Below, in pieces: positions 43,572-52,987 of a DNA stretch of 64,000 nt. Origin of the DNA: an uncultured Solirubrobacterales bacterium (GTDB taxonomy: Bacteria; Actinomycetota; Thermoleophilia; Solirubrobacterales; 70-9). The notes under the pieces are model-generated. The model was not told where the DNA came from. It worked only from the letters and a program-made list of their open reading frames with translations, and ran no database searches. The translations under genes and the position numbers were made by a program. The DNA lies in contig OY970321.1 in the NCBI GenBank assembly GCA_963716735.1, positions 2,210,021 to 2,274,020 of the forward strand, written 5' to 3'. Each line of letters begins with the position of its first letter. The stretch's first letter is position 1.

Positions 43572-43616
43572 CGCGGTCGAGGTTTGGGTCGGATAGCGAC
43601 TCAAACCTCTACCGCG
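43572..43616 (+). terminator. Candidate stem-loop terminator after lhr (no clear U-tract)
   Basis: cgcggtcgaggtttg (43572-43586) pairs with caaacctctaccgcg (43602-43616), 14 of 15 positions, with a 15-nt loop. It begins 12 nt after the lhr stop. Confidence 0.35.
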
Positions 43617-43661
43617 GTTGTGGCCGTTGGATGAAAGTTCTCAGCCGGTCCTCACCGGCAG

Positions 43662-44606
43662 GTGGATCGGGTCGATCAACCGTCCATGCACTCGCTAAAA
43701 CAGAAGTCCAAGCCCGCAAGAACCGCTCATATCGCTCTCGGCTGTCTCGTCGCGCTCATTGCCGTGCTGGCCGTGCGCCCTGCCGCCGGCCTCGCCGCGC
43801 CGATCGAACCCGAAGCGCCCCAGCTGGCGATCGAACCGGGCAGCTACGACTTCGGCCTCCAGCCGCTCAACTGGGGGAGCCGCGAAACGAACTTCCAGCT
43901 GCGCAACGTGGGCAGCGAAGCCCTCCAGGTCGGATCGCCGGAAATCGTCGGCCCCGGCCACGAAGCCTTCTGGGCCGACTACAGCCCCTGCTACGGCTCG
44001 TTCCTGCTGCCGGGCGAAGCTTGCTCGGTGCGCGTGTACTTCGGTCCCCGCGACGCGGTCGAATACGCCGCCCAGTTCAGGGTCAGCGTCGGCTCCTACT
44101 CGTTCAGCGCCGATCTGACCGGCACCGGCGGACGGGCCAGCTTCTCCCCGGCCTCCAACCCGACCGATTTCGGCGCCGTCAAAGTGGGATCGGCCACGAC
44201 CCGTGAGGTCCAGGTCACCAACACCGGCAACATGCCGGGTGGCATGTTCATCGCCGTGATCGCCGGCGGCGCCATCGGCAGCTTCCAGATCCTCGACGAG
44301 AACTGCACCGGCGTCGAGCTCGCACCGGCCGCGACCTGCATGGTGCAGGTCCGCTTCCAGCCGCTCAGCGAAGGCGTGAAGAAAGCGACGCTGGGTCTCT
44401 TCGGCGAAAGCGAAGGGCCCACCCCGATCGTCCTCACCGGCGTCGGCACTGCTCCCGATCCAGCCCCCGGTCCGGCTGCGGCCGGCCCCGCGAGTGCGGC
44501 AGCGCCAGGGCCCGCCCACAAGCGCAAGGGACCCAAGGGGAAGCATCGCCGCTTCAAGCGCCACCACAAGCGAGCGTCCGTTCACGCGGCCGCTCGCGTC
44601 TCCTGA
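43662..44606 (+). CDS. Secreted protein with two choice-of-anchor-D-like (Ig-like beta-sandwich) modules and a highly basic tail
   Basis: Signal/TM IALGCLVALIAVLAVRPAAGLA. Two repeats follow the pattern FG...G......V.N.G...L........G..F.......C.G..L.PG..C.V.V.F.P. Tail: AHKRKGPKGKHRRFKRHHKR. Start GTG 43662, or ATG 43686. Confidence 0.6.
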   Translation: MDRVDQPSMHSLKQKSKPARTAHIALGCLVALIAVLAVRPAAGLAAPIEPEAPQLAIEPGSYDFGLQPLNWGSRETNFQLRNVGSEALQVGSPEIVGPGHEAFWADYSPCYGSFLLPGEACSVRVYFGPRDAVEYAAQFRVSVGSYSFSADLTGTGGRASFSPASNPTDFGAVKVGSATTREVQVTNTGNMPGGMFIAVIAGGAIGSFQILDENCTGVELAPAATCMVQVRFQPLSEGVKKATLGLFGESEGPTPIVLTGVGTAPDPAPGPAAAGPASAAAPGPAHKRKGPKGKHRRFKRHHKRASVHAAARVS

Positions 44607-44633
44607 CGGGGGCGATAGGGCGATAATCCGGGT

Positions 44634-45335
44634 GTGACCGATTCGGATGAGAGTCAGAGCCCGATCGAGCTGCTGCGCAGCGTGCCGCTCTTCGCCGATC
44701 TCGAGCCCGGTGAGTTGGAGAGCTTTTCGCACGTAGCCGTTCCACGCGCCTTCCCGGCCGCAACGCGGGTCTTTCACGAGGGTGACCACTCAGACGCCTG
44801 CTACATCGTCCGCTCTGGCAGCTTCCGGGTCACCCGGGAGCACTCCGACGGGCGGGCGATCACCCTCGCCACGCTCGGCCCCGGTGACATCTTCGGCGAG
44901 CTGGCGATGCTCGACGGCGAGGTGCGCTCGGCCAGCGTCGAAGCGCTGGGCGACGGTGAGCTGCTGGCGTTGCCGGCGGGCGAAGTGCGGGGGCTGCTTG
45001 CCCGCCACCCGGAGATCACGGTAAAGCTGGTCGGGGCCCTCGTGCGGCGGCTGCGCGCCGCCAACGAGCGCATCTCGCGCCAGTCTTTCCAGACCGTGCC
45101 CAGTCGCGTCGCCGGCGTCCTCTCCCAGCTCGTCGCCGAAGAGGCGCCGCGCACAGCCGAGGGCGGCGAGATCACGATCCGCATGAACCAGTCCGACCTG
45201 GCACAGCTCGCCGGTACCTCGCGGGAGAGCGTCAGCCGCTTCCTCGCCGACCTCGAGCGCGCCGGCATCGTCCGCCCCGGCCGTGGCCGGGTCGCGGTCC
45301 TGGCTCCCGCCAAATTGCGTAACTACATCTTCTGA
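44634..45335 (+). CDS. Crp/Fnr family transcriptional regulator
   Basis: cNMP-binding domain (FHEGDHSDACYIVRSGSFRV...GPGDIFGELAMLDGEVRSASVEAL) and C-terminal HTH (QSDLAQLAGTSRESVSRFLADLERAGIV). GTG start. Confidence 0.88.
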   Translation: MTDSDESQSPIELLRSVPLFADLEPGELESFSHVAVPRAFPAATRVFHEGDHSDACYIVRSGSFRVTREHSDGRAITLATLGPGDIFGELAMLDGEVRSASVEALGDGELLALPAGEVRGLLARHPEITVKLVGALVRRLRAANERISRQSFQTVPSRVAGVLSQLVAEEAPRTAEGGEITIRMNQSDLAQLAGTSRESVSRFLADLERAGIVRPGRGRVAVLAPAKLRNYIF

Positions 45336-45360
45336 AAATGGCGGCGGGGTCGGGGCCGTC

Positions 45361-46008
45361 ATGACCGACTTCGGCACCCTTCGGGCGCAGATGGTCGAGC
45401 GGCAGCTACGGCATCGCGGCATCGGCGACGAGCGCGTGCTGGCTGCGATGGGGGAGGTGCCGCGGGAGCAGTTCGTGCCGGAGCGCTTTCGCAAGCGCGC
45501 TTACTCGGACTCGGCGCTGCCGATCGGCGCGGGCCAGACGATCTCCCAGCCCTGGATCGTCGCCGCGATCTGCCAGGCGCTGGAGTTGAGTGGGAACGAG
45601 CGGGTGCTGGAGATCGGCTCCGGGTCCGGCTACTCGGCCGCGGTCGCCGCCCGCCTTGCCGCGGGCATCGTCGGAGTGGAGCGGCACGAGTCGCTGGCGA
45701 CTGAAGCCCGCCGTGTCCTTGACGTGCTCGGCGTCGAGAACGTCGAGCTGCTCGTCGGCGACGGCAGTCGCGGCGTCCCGGCGCGGGCGCCGTTCGAGGC
45801 GATCGCGGTCCACGCCACCGCGCCGGCACCGCCGCGTACCCTGCTCGGACAGCTCGCCGACGGCGGCCGGCTCGTTGTCCCGATTGCCGGCGATGGTGCC
45901 GATCTGCTGACCGTGTTCCGCCGTCATGGCGGTGAGCTGCGCCGCGAGGAGATCAGCCCCTGCCGCTTCGTCCCGCTGATCGGCGAAGAGGGCTTCAGCC
46001 CGGATTAG
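45361..46008 (+). CDS. pcm: Protein-L-isoaspartate O-methyltransferase
   Basis: ATG 45361. GQTISQPWIVAAICQALEL...VLEIGSGSGYSAAVAARL...RLVVPIG..., 215 aa. Confidence 0.88.
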   Translation: MTDFGTLRAQMVERQLRHRGIGDERVLAAMGEVPREQFVPERFRKRAYSDSALPIGAGQTISQPWIVAAICQALELSGNERVLEIGSGSGYSAAVAARLAAGIVGVERHESLATEARRVLDVLGVENVELLVGDGSRGVPARAPFEAIAVHATAPAPPRTLLGQLADGGRLVVPIAGDGADLLTVFRRHGGELRREEISPCRFVPLIGEEGFSPD

Positions 46009-47804
46009 GCACGTCGGCTGCGGAGCTTGTTGCGGCCGCCATGGCCGATCAGGCTGTCGCGGTGGCTGCCGATCAGTACGTCGGGACCTGGAGATCCCTC
46101 GAGCTGCTCTACCGAGGAATCGACGCGGCCGGGGGTGCAGGGGCCGCCCGCACGCGTCGCCGGGCCGCCGATTTCGGCGTTGACGCCAGGCGTAAAGCGG
46201 AAGAAGTTGGCGTCATCCTCACCTGGGCCACCGTCGAAGACGTCGCCGTCGCAAGGATCGCCGCCGACCATCACGTCGCTTCCAGGGCCACCGATAAGCG
46301 TGCTTTTGCCGCTGTTGTAGGGGACCGGCAGGTCGGTGCGTGCGCCGACCAACGCGTCGTCGCCGGCGCCGCCTTCGAGCAGGTCGGGGTCGTTGTCGTC
46401 GCCGGCCTCGAGCACGTCGCCGCCTCGTCCGCCTTGCAGTTGATCGGCCCCGGGGCCGCCTTCGATCCGCACTTCGATCTCAGGGGGAATGCTGCCGTCG
46501 ACGCTCACGCTGTCGTTGCCGCCGCCGGCGTCGATCACGATCGTCTTCACGTCGGCCGCGCAGACGGCGTTGCCGCCGACCGCTTCGCAACCGTCGACGT
46601 CGGCCGTGGAGAACGCGATGCCCGCATCGGTCACGACGTAGGCCGAGCCCTGCCTGGCGATCGCGATCGCGTCATCGTCCGCGGTGCCGCGCACGCTGAG
46701 CGAGCCGCTGCCGTCGATGCTGTGCACGCGGGAGACACTCGGCCCGCCTCCGCTCGTCGCCGGCTTGTCGCAGCCTTCCTCTTGCGCTGAGCCCTCGCAG
46801 CTCGCCCCGTCGGGGCCGCCGAAGAGCGAGTCCCCGCCGCCGCCCCCGTCGAGCTCGTCATAACCGGCGCCTCCGTCGATCCGGTTCGCCCCGCCGTCCC
46901 CGATCAGGGTGTCGTTGTAGGCCGAGCCGATGATGTCCTCGGTCCCGGCTGCGATCTTGTCGCGGCCGTCGCCGTGGGCGCTGCCGGTCGCGAGATCCGC
47001 GGTCACTGCTTCGGAGGCGGTGGAGAAAGAGGCGATGTCGCGGGCGCCGGGACCGCCATCGAGCTTGTCGAAGCCGATGTCACCGCGCATCACGTCTTCG
47101 TCGCCGGCCCCGCCGAAGATGTCATCGCGGCCGTGGTTGCCCAGCAGGAGGTCGGTACCGCCTTCGCCGTTCAGGGTGTCGTCGCCGAGGCCGCCATCGA
47201 CCATGTCTTTGCCGGAACCCCCGTCGAGGCCGTCGTTGCCGCGGCCGCCGTAAACCCGATCCTCGCCGCCTTCGCCGTCGACGACCTTCTCGCTGGCTTT
47301 GCCGGCATACAGGACGTCGTCGCCCCCGCCCGCCTTCATCACATCCGGCCCTCGGCCGCCGAGAAGCTCATCGTCGCCGGCGCCGCCGAACTCGTCGTCC
47401 GGGCCTTTGGCGCCAAGGAGCTGATCGTCACCTTCGCCACCCGCCAGGCTGTCGGCGCCTTTTTCGCCGATCAGGCGGTCCTCGCCGCCTTCGCCGTCGA
47501 TCGTGTCGTTGCCCTTGCCGCCGTGAATGGTGTCGTCGCCGGGACCGCCGCAGATCGTGTTGTTGCCGTTGTGCCCGCCGGAGATCTTGTCGTCACCGCC
47601 GCCGCCGTAGATCACGTCGCTGGCCCTCTTGCCGACGATCGTGTCGTCGCCGGGCGTGCCGACGATCGTCGCGTGCTTGCCGGCGCAGGTCGCGGCCGAG
47701 GCCTGGCTCCAGGCGGGGAGCAGGAGCAGCAGCGTCGTGCCGAGCGCAGCGGCCAGAAGGCGCCAGGAAGTCGATTTGACCAGGGTGGACATTCCAGGCG
47801 CCAT
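46005..47804 (-). CDS. Secreted calcium-binding RTX-like (GGxGxD beta-roll repeat) protein
   Basis: N-terminal signal peptide (LLAAALGTTLLLLLPAWSQASA) followed by dozens of GGxGxD/GxGxDxL nonapeptide-type repeats. Possible start ATG 47792. Confidence 0.8.
   Translation of the reverse strand: MAPGMSTLVKSTSWRLLAAALGTTLLLLLPAWSQASAATCAGKHATIVGTPGDDTIVGKRASDVIYGGGGDDKISGGHNGNNTICGGPGDDTIHGGKGNDTIDGEGGEDRLIGEKGADSLAGGEGDDQLLGAKGPDDEFGGAGDDELLGGRGPDVMKAGGGDDVLYAGKASEKVVDGEGGEDRVYGGRGNDGLDGGSGKDMVDGGLGDDTLNGEGGTDLLLGNHGRDDIFGGAGDEDVMRGDIGFDKLDGGPGARDIASFSTASEAVTADLATGSAHGDGRDKIAAGTEDIIGSAYNDTLIGDGGANRIDGGAGYDELDGGGGGDSLFGGPDGASCEGSAQEEGCDKPATSGGGPSVSRVHSIDGSGSLSVRGTADDDAIAIARQGSAYVVTDAGIAFSTADVDGCEAVGGNAVCAADVKTIVIDAGGGNDSVSVDGSIPPEIEVRIEGGPGADQLQGGRGGDVLEAGDDNDPDLLEGGAGDDALVGARTDLPVPYNSGKSTLIGGPGSDVMVGGDPCDGDVFDGGPGEDDANFFRFTPGVNAEIGGPATRAGGPCTPGRVDSSVEQLEGSPGPDVLIGSHRDSLIGHGGRNKLRSRRA
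47518..47682. repeat. 165-bp segment near-identical to 49491-49655 (2 mismatches)
   Basis: Base-by-base comparison of the two stretches. It encodes GKHATIVGTPGDDTIVGKRASDVIYGGGGDDKISGG.NGN.TICGGPGDDTIHGG in both paralogs. Confidence 0.9.
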
Positions 47805-47878
47805 CGACCGGATCGGCGCTCTCTGCAGCTCTGCAAGACACCCGTCTAATCCCTAATGGGTACGGAGCGACGTACAGC

Positions 47879-49777
47879 TCAGCAGCCGACCGGGCCCGGA
47901 TCGACTTTGTCCTTGATCACTTCGCCGCCGCCACCGCCGCAGCTGATCGATTTGTCCTGTTTGCCGTCGATGGCGTCGATGAAGTCGTTGCCGCCTTTGC
48001 CGATGAAGGTGTCGGCGCCGAGGTGACCGAGGAAGCTGTTCTCGCCGTTGTCGCCGATCAACACGTCGGGACCGTCGGAGCCCTCGAGGCTCTCGTTGCT
48101 GGAGCCGACCTGATCGGGCGAGCCACAGCCGGACGGGCCCCCGGTGCCGCCGAGCGCGACGGTCAGGGCGGCGTCGGACCGACCGTAGGAGACCGTGTCG
48201 TCGCCCGGTCCGCCGTCGTAGTCGTGTCCCTGGCAGACGGCTACCGATGAGACGAGGAGGTCGTCGCCGGGGCCGCCGGAGAGCTGGTCGGCGCCTGGAT
48301 CCGCATAGAGCACGTCGCTGCCCGCGTTGCCGGTCAGAGTGTCGTTGCCGTCGTTCGGGCCGTTGTAGTTCTCGCCCGCCTCGAGCACGTCGTCACCCGG
48401 GCCGCCGCTGAGGGAATCCGAGCCGGCGTTGCCGTTGGCGCGGACGTGGACGCTGGCGGGAACGCTGTCGGCGACCGCGATGCCATCGTTGCCGTCTCCG
48501 CCGGTGATCACCAGCAACCCGGTGGCGACCGGGACCGCGCAGTTGACGGCGCTGCTGCTCGCCGCCGCGCACCCATCGCCGGCGAAGATGCCGGAGTCGT
48601 CGGAGACGGTCCAGCCGCCACCGCCGAAGGAGACCTGGATGTTGTTGGCGGCACCGGTTCCCTGCACGATCAGGCTTGAGCCGTCGAGGCCCTGGTTGAG
48701 GATTACGAAGGTGTCGTCGGGAGGCGGATTTGGTTCGACTCCGCAGGAGTGCTCGGCGGCGAAGCCGTCGCATTCGTCGTTGCCGGCACCGCCGAACGCT
48801 TCATCGGGGCCACCGTCACCATCGAGGTCGTCGTCGCCGACGCCGCCGTCGAGCCGGTTGATGTCGCCGTCGCCGACGATGTCATCTCCCTGCGGTGAGC
48901 CGACCACGTCCTCGAAGCCGCTCAGCGCGTCGTGGCCGTCGCCTTTTGACTTGCCCGTTCCAAGGTCGACGATTACCCCGCTTCGCGTCGCGCTCGCGTA
49001 GGAGATGATGTCCTGCGTTCCTTCGCCGCCTTCAAGTTGGTCTTCGCCGCTGTCGCCACGGACGACGTCGCCGTCTCCGCTGCCCCCGTCGGCCGTGTCG
49101 CTGCCCGCGCCGCCGAGCACGATGTCGGCACCTCCGCTGCCTTCGAGGTCGGGATCGTCACCGGGGCCACCTTCGAGCTGATCGTCGCCGCTGCCGCCAT
49201 CGAGCTGATCGTTGCCCTTTTCTCCGTAGAGCGAGTCGTTTCCACCGTCGCCGATCTCCTCGTCGCTCCCTTTGCCACCGATCAGCACGTCTTCCTCGCT
49301 GCCGCCGACCATGTGGTCTGGGCCTTTTGCCCCGCGGATTTCGTCGCTCCCGGCGCCGCCGATGAGGCTGTCACTGCCATCGGCGCCGACGAGGCCGTCG
49401 TTGCCGTCGTCGCCCTCGACGTGGTCGGAACCGCTGTCGCCGGCAAGACGGTCGTCGCCACCGTCGCCGTAGAGCGCGTCGAAGCCACGCCCGCCGTGAA
49501 TGGTGTCGTCGCCGGGACCGCCGCAGATCGTGTCGTTGCCGTTGGGCCCGCCGGAGATCTTGTCGTCACCGCCGCCGCCGTAGATCACGTCGCTGGCCCT
49601 CTTGCCGACGATCGTGTCGTCGCCGGGCGTGCCGACGATCGTCGCGTGCTTGCCGTGGCAGCTCGCGGCGGAGGCCTGGCCCGCCAGGGGGATCAGCAGG
49701 AACGAGGCAACGCAGGCGACAATGGCGCCGGTAGATCTGAACATTCGGGTGGAGGCGAGGGGCATCGTCCTATGCAT
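47879..49777 (-). CDS. Secreted calcium-binding RTX-like beta-roll repeat protein (tandem paralog)
   Basis: Signal peptide (AIVACVASFLLIPLAGQASA) and a GGxGxD repeat array. The N-terminal module is identical to the neighbour. Possible start ATG 49744. Confidence 0.8.
   Translation of the reverse strand: MHRTMPLASTRMFRSTGAIVACVASFLLIPLAGQASAASCHGKHATIVGTPGDDTIVGKRASDVIYGGGGDDKISGGPNGNDTICGGPGDDTIHGGRGFDALYGDGGDDRLAGDSGSDHVEGDDGNDGLVGADGSDSLIGGAGSDEIRGAKGPDHMVGGSEEDVLIGGKGSDEEIGDGGNDSLYGEKGNDQLDGGSGDDQLEGGPGDDPDLEGSGGADIVLGGAGSDTADGGSGDGDVVRGDSGEDQLEGGEGTQDIISYASATRSGVIVDLGTGKSKGDGHDALSGFEDVVGSPQGDDIVGDGDINRLDGGVGDDDLDGDGGPDEAFGGAGNDECDGFAAEHSCGVEPNPPPDDTFVILNQGLDGSSLIVQGTGAANNIQVSFGGGGWTVSDDSGIFAGDGCAAASSSAVNCAVPVATGLLVITGGDGNDGIAVADSVPASVHVRANGNAGSDSLSGGPGDDVLEAGENYNGPNDGNDTLTGNAGSDVLYADPGADQLSGGPGDDLLVSSVAVCQGHDYDGGPGDDTVSYGRSDAALTVALGGTGGPSGCGSPDQVGSSNESLEGSDGPDVLIGDNGENSFLGHLGADTFIGKGGNDFIDAIDGKQDKSISCGGGGGEVIKDKVDPGPVGC
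49491..49655. repeat. Second copy of the 165-bp near-identical segment
   Basis: See 47518-47682. Confidence 0.9.
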
Positions 49778-49861
49778 CGACCCGTTTTCGGCTTCCCTAC
49801 ACCCGAGTCCATACGAACGTCCAGGTGTGGGCCTCGCTCCGTCAGATACGCTCGCAGCCCT

Positions 49862-50266
49862 ATGCGCGGCGGGATCTACGTGCTCAACTTCTACTCAACG
49901 GTTTTCGTCGACCAGCTGAAGCGCGGTCGCAAGACCGCGACGATCCGGCTCGGTGACAAGACGAGCAAGTACGAGCGCGGCCAGGTGGTCTGGATAACCG
50001 TTGGCTTCCGTCACAGTCCACGCGAGAAAATCTTCGCGGCGTGCATCGACGACGTCGAGGTGAAGAAGGTCGGTGACCTCTCACCGCGTGACATCGAGCA
50101 CGACAACCCCGAGTTCCGCCGGCTCGAGGACGAGATCAAGTTCCTCGAACAGATCTACGGCCGCACCGTCGGCCCGGACGACATCGTCACCGTGATTCGC
50201 TTCTCGCAGATAGTCGAGCCGCCGGGAGCGCACTTCGGTAACGGGGAGACGCCGCACCACAATTAG
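49862..50266 (+). CDS. ASCH domain protein
   Basis: ATG 49862. FVDQLKRGRKTATIRLGDKTSKYERGQVVWI is an ASCH-type N-terminal motif. The upstream part of ORF 49037-50266 is antisense to the RTX gene. Confidence 0.6.
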   Translation: MRGGIYVLNFYSTVFVDQLKRGRKTATIRLGDKTSKYERGQVVWITVGFRHSPREKIFAACIDDVEVKKVGDLSPRDIEHDNPEFRRLEDEIKFLEQIYGRTVGPDDIVTVIRFSQIVEPPGAHFGNGETPHHN

Positions 50267-50295
50267 ATGGCGGACCGCCATCTAGCGGCTGTCCG

Positions 50296-50769
50296 ATGGC
50301 CGACTACGCCTTTCTGACCACCTGGCTGCTCGACTCGCCACGCGAGCCGGTCTGGGAGGCGATCTACGACCAGGAGCGCTGGCCCGAGTGGTGGCGCGGG
50401 GTCGAGGAGGTCGAAGAACGCAATGGTGGAGACGGTGGCGGTATCGGCGCCGTCTCGCGCATGGTCTGGAAGAGCCTTCTGCCCTACCGGGTCGAGTTCG
50501 AGGTGACGACGACGCACATCGAGCGGCCGTACCTGTTGCAGGCCGACGCGGTCGGCGAGCTGGCCGGCATCGGCCGCTGGCGCCTCTACGAGCAGGACGG
50601 CGCCACCGCCGTCCTCTACGAGTGGAACGTCTCGACGACCAAGCCGTGGATGAACCTGCTCGCCCCGATCGCCCGCCCGGCCTTCGAGTGGAACCACGAC
50701 TGGGTGATGTCCCACGGCGCCACCGGCATCGCCCGGCTGCTCGGCTGCAAGCTGCTTGCCAGCGGCTAG
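50296..50769 (+). CDS. SRPBCC (polyketide cyclase/dehydrase-like) family protein
   Basis: 157 aa. PREPVWEAIYDQERWPEWW...YRVEFEVTT...GRWRLYEQDG is the typical SRPBCC/START-like pattern. Confidence 0.65.
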   Translation: MADYAFLTTWLLDSPREPVWEAIYDQERWPEWWRGVEEVEERNGGDGGGIGAVSRMVWKSLLPYRVEFEVTTTHIERPYLLQADAVGELAGIGRWRLYEQDGATAVLYEWNVSTTKPWMNLLAPIARPAFEWNHDWVMSHGATGIARLLGCKLLASG

Positions 50770-50823
50770 CGAGCTTGCCCCGCGACGCTCGCGCCCCGCG
50801 CGGTCTCGCTATCTTTACAGCGG

Positions 50824-50850
50824 CTGGCACTCACCTGTGTAGAGTGCCAA
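50824..50850 (+). promoter_or_regulatory. CIRCE-like HrcA operator upstream of groES
   Basis: ctggcactc-acctgtgta-gagtgccaa compared with consensus TTAGCACTC-N9-GAGTGCTAA (15/18 match). It lies 82 nt upstream of the groES ATG. Confidence 0.7.
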
Positions 50851-50931
50851 CGTCCGGAGACCGCAGAAACGGCTCTGAGGCGCGAATTCCACGACTTTGA
50901 CCAGTAAATCACCCATAACGGAGGTTCACGG

Positions 50932-51219
50932 ATGAAGCTGAAGCCCCTCGGGGACCGGCTGATCGTCAAGCCGATCGAGGAGGAGGAGACGACCGCTAGC
51001 GGCATCGTCCTCCCCGATACGGCCAAAGAGAAGCCGCAGAAGGGCAAGGTCATCGCCGTCGGCGATGGCGCAATTCAGGAGGATGGCTCTCGCCGCCCGC
51101 TCGACCTGAGCGATGGCGACGAAGTCCTCTACTCCAAATACGGCGGCACCGAGGTCACCGTCGAGGGCGACGACCTGCTCGTGCTGCGCGAGTCGGACGT
51201 CCTCGCCAAGCTCGGCTAG
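50932..51219 (+). CDS. groES: Co-chaperonin GroES
   Basis: [49 protein letters not shown] lies 8 nt upstream. Confidence 0.97.
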   Translation: MKLKPLGDRLIVKPIEEEETTASGIVLPDTAKEKPQKGKVIAVGDGAIQEDGSRRPLDLSDGDEVLYSKYGGTEVTVEGDDLLVLRESDVLAKLG

Positions 51220-51264
51220 ACCCCGCCAACAGGACTTAGAGACACCAAGGAGGAAGGAAAACCA

Positions 51265-52905
51265 ATGGCTCACAAGGAGCTGAAGTACAAGGAGGAGGCA
51301 CGCGGGGCCCTGCAGGCCGGCGTCGATGCAGTCGCCGACGCCGTCAAGGTCACCCTCGGCCCGAAAGGCCGCTACGTCGTGCTCGACAAAAAGTTCGGCG
51401 CGCCGACGATCACCAATGACGGCGTCACCATCGCCCGCGAGGTCGAGGTCGAGGACGTCTTCGAGAACCAGGGTGCCCAGCTGGTCCGCGAGGTCGCCAC
51501 GGCGACCAACGACGTTGCCGGTGACGGCACCACGACGGCGACCCTGCTGGCCCAGACGATCGTTCGTCACGGCCTCAAGAACGTCGCTGCCGGCGCCAAC
51601 CCGCTGGCCCTGCGCCGTGGGATCGAGAAGGCCGTCGACGACGTGGTCGACAACCTGCGCGACAAGCAGTCCAAGGAGGTCGCCGGCAAGGAGCAGATCG
51701 CCCGCGTCGCCGCCATCTCCGCCGCCGACGATGAGATCGGCAACGTGATCGCCGACGCGATCGAGAAGGTCGGCAAAGACGGCGTCGTCAACGTCGAGGA
51801 GGGCCAGACCTTCGGCATGGAGCTGGAGTTCACCGAGGGGATGCAGTTCGACAAGGGCTACATCTCCCCGTACATGGTCACCGACCAGGACCGCATGGAG
51901 GCGGTGCTGGAGGATCCGTACATTCTCATCGCCAACCAGAAAATCGGCTCCGTGCGGGACATCCTGCCGGTGCTCGAGCAGGTGATGCAGGGTGGCAAGC
52001 CGTTGCTGATCGTCGCCGAGGACGTCGAGGGCGAGTGCCTCGCGACCCTGGTCGTCAACAAGCTGCGCGGCACCTTCACCGGCGTCTCGGTCAAGGCTCC
52101 GGGCTTCGGCGACCGCCGCAAGCGGATGCTCGAGGACATCGGCATCCTCACCGGCGGCGAAGTGATTACCGAGGAGATGGGCCTCAAACTGGAGAACACC
52201 CAGCTCGCTCAGCTCGGCAAGGCGCGTCGCGTCGTCGTCTCCAAGGACACGACGACGATTATCGACGGCGCCGGTGACGCCGAGGACATCAAAGGCCGGA
52301 TCAACCAGATCAAGCAGGAGATCGAGAACACCGACTCCGACTTTGATCGCGAGAAGCTCCAGGAGCGTCTCGCCAAGCTGGCCGGTGGTGTCGCGGTCGT
52401 CAAGGTCGGCGCCGCCACCGAGACCGAGATGAAGGAGAAAAAGCACCGCGTCGAGGACGCCCTGCAGGCGACCCGGGCGGCGCTCGAGGAGGGAGTCGTG
52501 CCGGGCGGTGGCGTCGCGCTGCTGAACGCGCAGAGCGAGCTCGATCCCGACAAGCTCGACGATCCCGATGAGGTGACCGGTGCCCGCATCGTGCACCGCT
52601 CGCTCGAGGAGCCGGTCCGCCAGATCGCCGAGAACTCCGGCCTGGAGGGCTCGGTCGTCGTCAATAAGGTCCGCGACCTGAAGCCGGGCGAAGGCCTCAA
52701 CGCGGCCAACGGCGAGTACGGCGACCTGATCAAGGCCGGCGTGATCGACCCGACGATGGTGACCCGGTCGGCGTTGCAGAACGCCGCCTCGATCGCCAAG
52801 AACATCCTCGTCACCGAGGCGATCATCGCCGAACCGCCCGAGAAGGACGGCGCCGGTGGCGGTATGCCCGGCGGTGGCATGCCGGACATGGGCGGCATGA
52901 TGTAG
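51265..52905 (+). CDS. groEL: Chaperonin GroEL
   Basis: 546 aa. [20 protein letters not shown], and a C-terminal [15 protein letters not shown] tail. AAGGAGG upstream. Confidence 0.98.
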   Translation: MAHKELKYKEEARGALQAGVDAVADAVKVTLGPKGRYVVLDKKFGAPTITNDGVTIAREVEVEDVFENQGAQLVREVATATNDVAGDGTTTATLLAQTIVRHGLKNVAAGANPLALRRGIEKAVDDVVDNLRDKQSKEVAGKEQIARVAAISAADDEIGNVIADAIEKVGKDGVVNVEEGQTFGMELEFTEGMQFDKGYISPYMVTDQDRMEAVLEDPYILIANQKIGSVRDILPVLEQVMQGGKPLLIVAEDVEGECLATLVVNKLRGTFTGVSVKAPGFGDRRKRMLEDIGILTGGEVITEEMGLKLENTQLAQLGKARRVVVSKDTTTIIDGAGDAEDIKGRINQIKQEIENTDSDFDREKLQERLAKLAGGVAVVKVGAATETEMKEKKHRVEDALQATRAALEEGVVPGGGVALLNAQSELDPDKLDDPDEVTGARIVHRSLEEPVRQIAENSGLEGSVVVNKVRDLKPGEGLNAANGEYGDLIKAGVIDPTMVTRSALQNAASIAKNILVTEAIIAEPPEKDGAGGGMPGGGMPDMGGMM

Positions 52906-52954
52906 CCACGCCCGCCCAGGCGTATCCTCGCCCCAACAGGCGAGTGGCTTTTAC

Positions 52955-52987
52955 GAGGGGCCCGGGAAACCGGGCCCCTCTTCTTCT
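52955..52987 (+). terminator. Rho-independent terminator after groEL
   Basis: gaggggcccgg-gaaa-ccgggcccctc (11-bp perfect stem) followed by ttcttct. Confidence 0.7.

Noticed and set aside
39961-43634. Long ORFs 39961-41253 (-), 41449-42852 (-), 42255-43634 (+) and 42005-42796 (+)
   Set aside because: All lie inside lhr, in other frames or on the other strand, and have low-complexity Arg/Ala/Gly/Pro composition. The lhr frame carries all helicase motifs.
44620-44650. A possible Crp-type palindrome (TGTGA-N6-TCACA) at the crp gene start (gtgtgaccgattcggat)
   Set aside because: Only the left half-site matches, and the right half does not.
46005-49777. A type I secretion system accompanying the RTX-like genes
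   Set aside because: No ABC/MFP/OMP genes flank them, and both proteins have N-terminal signal peptides instead.
50926-52596. 556-aa minus-strand ORF
   Set aside because: It is exactly antisense to groES-groEL, a classic shadow ORF.
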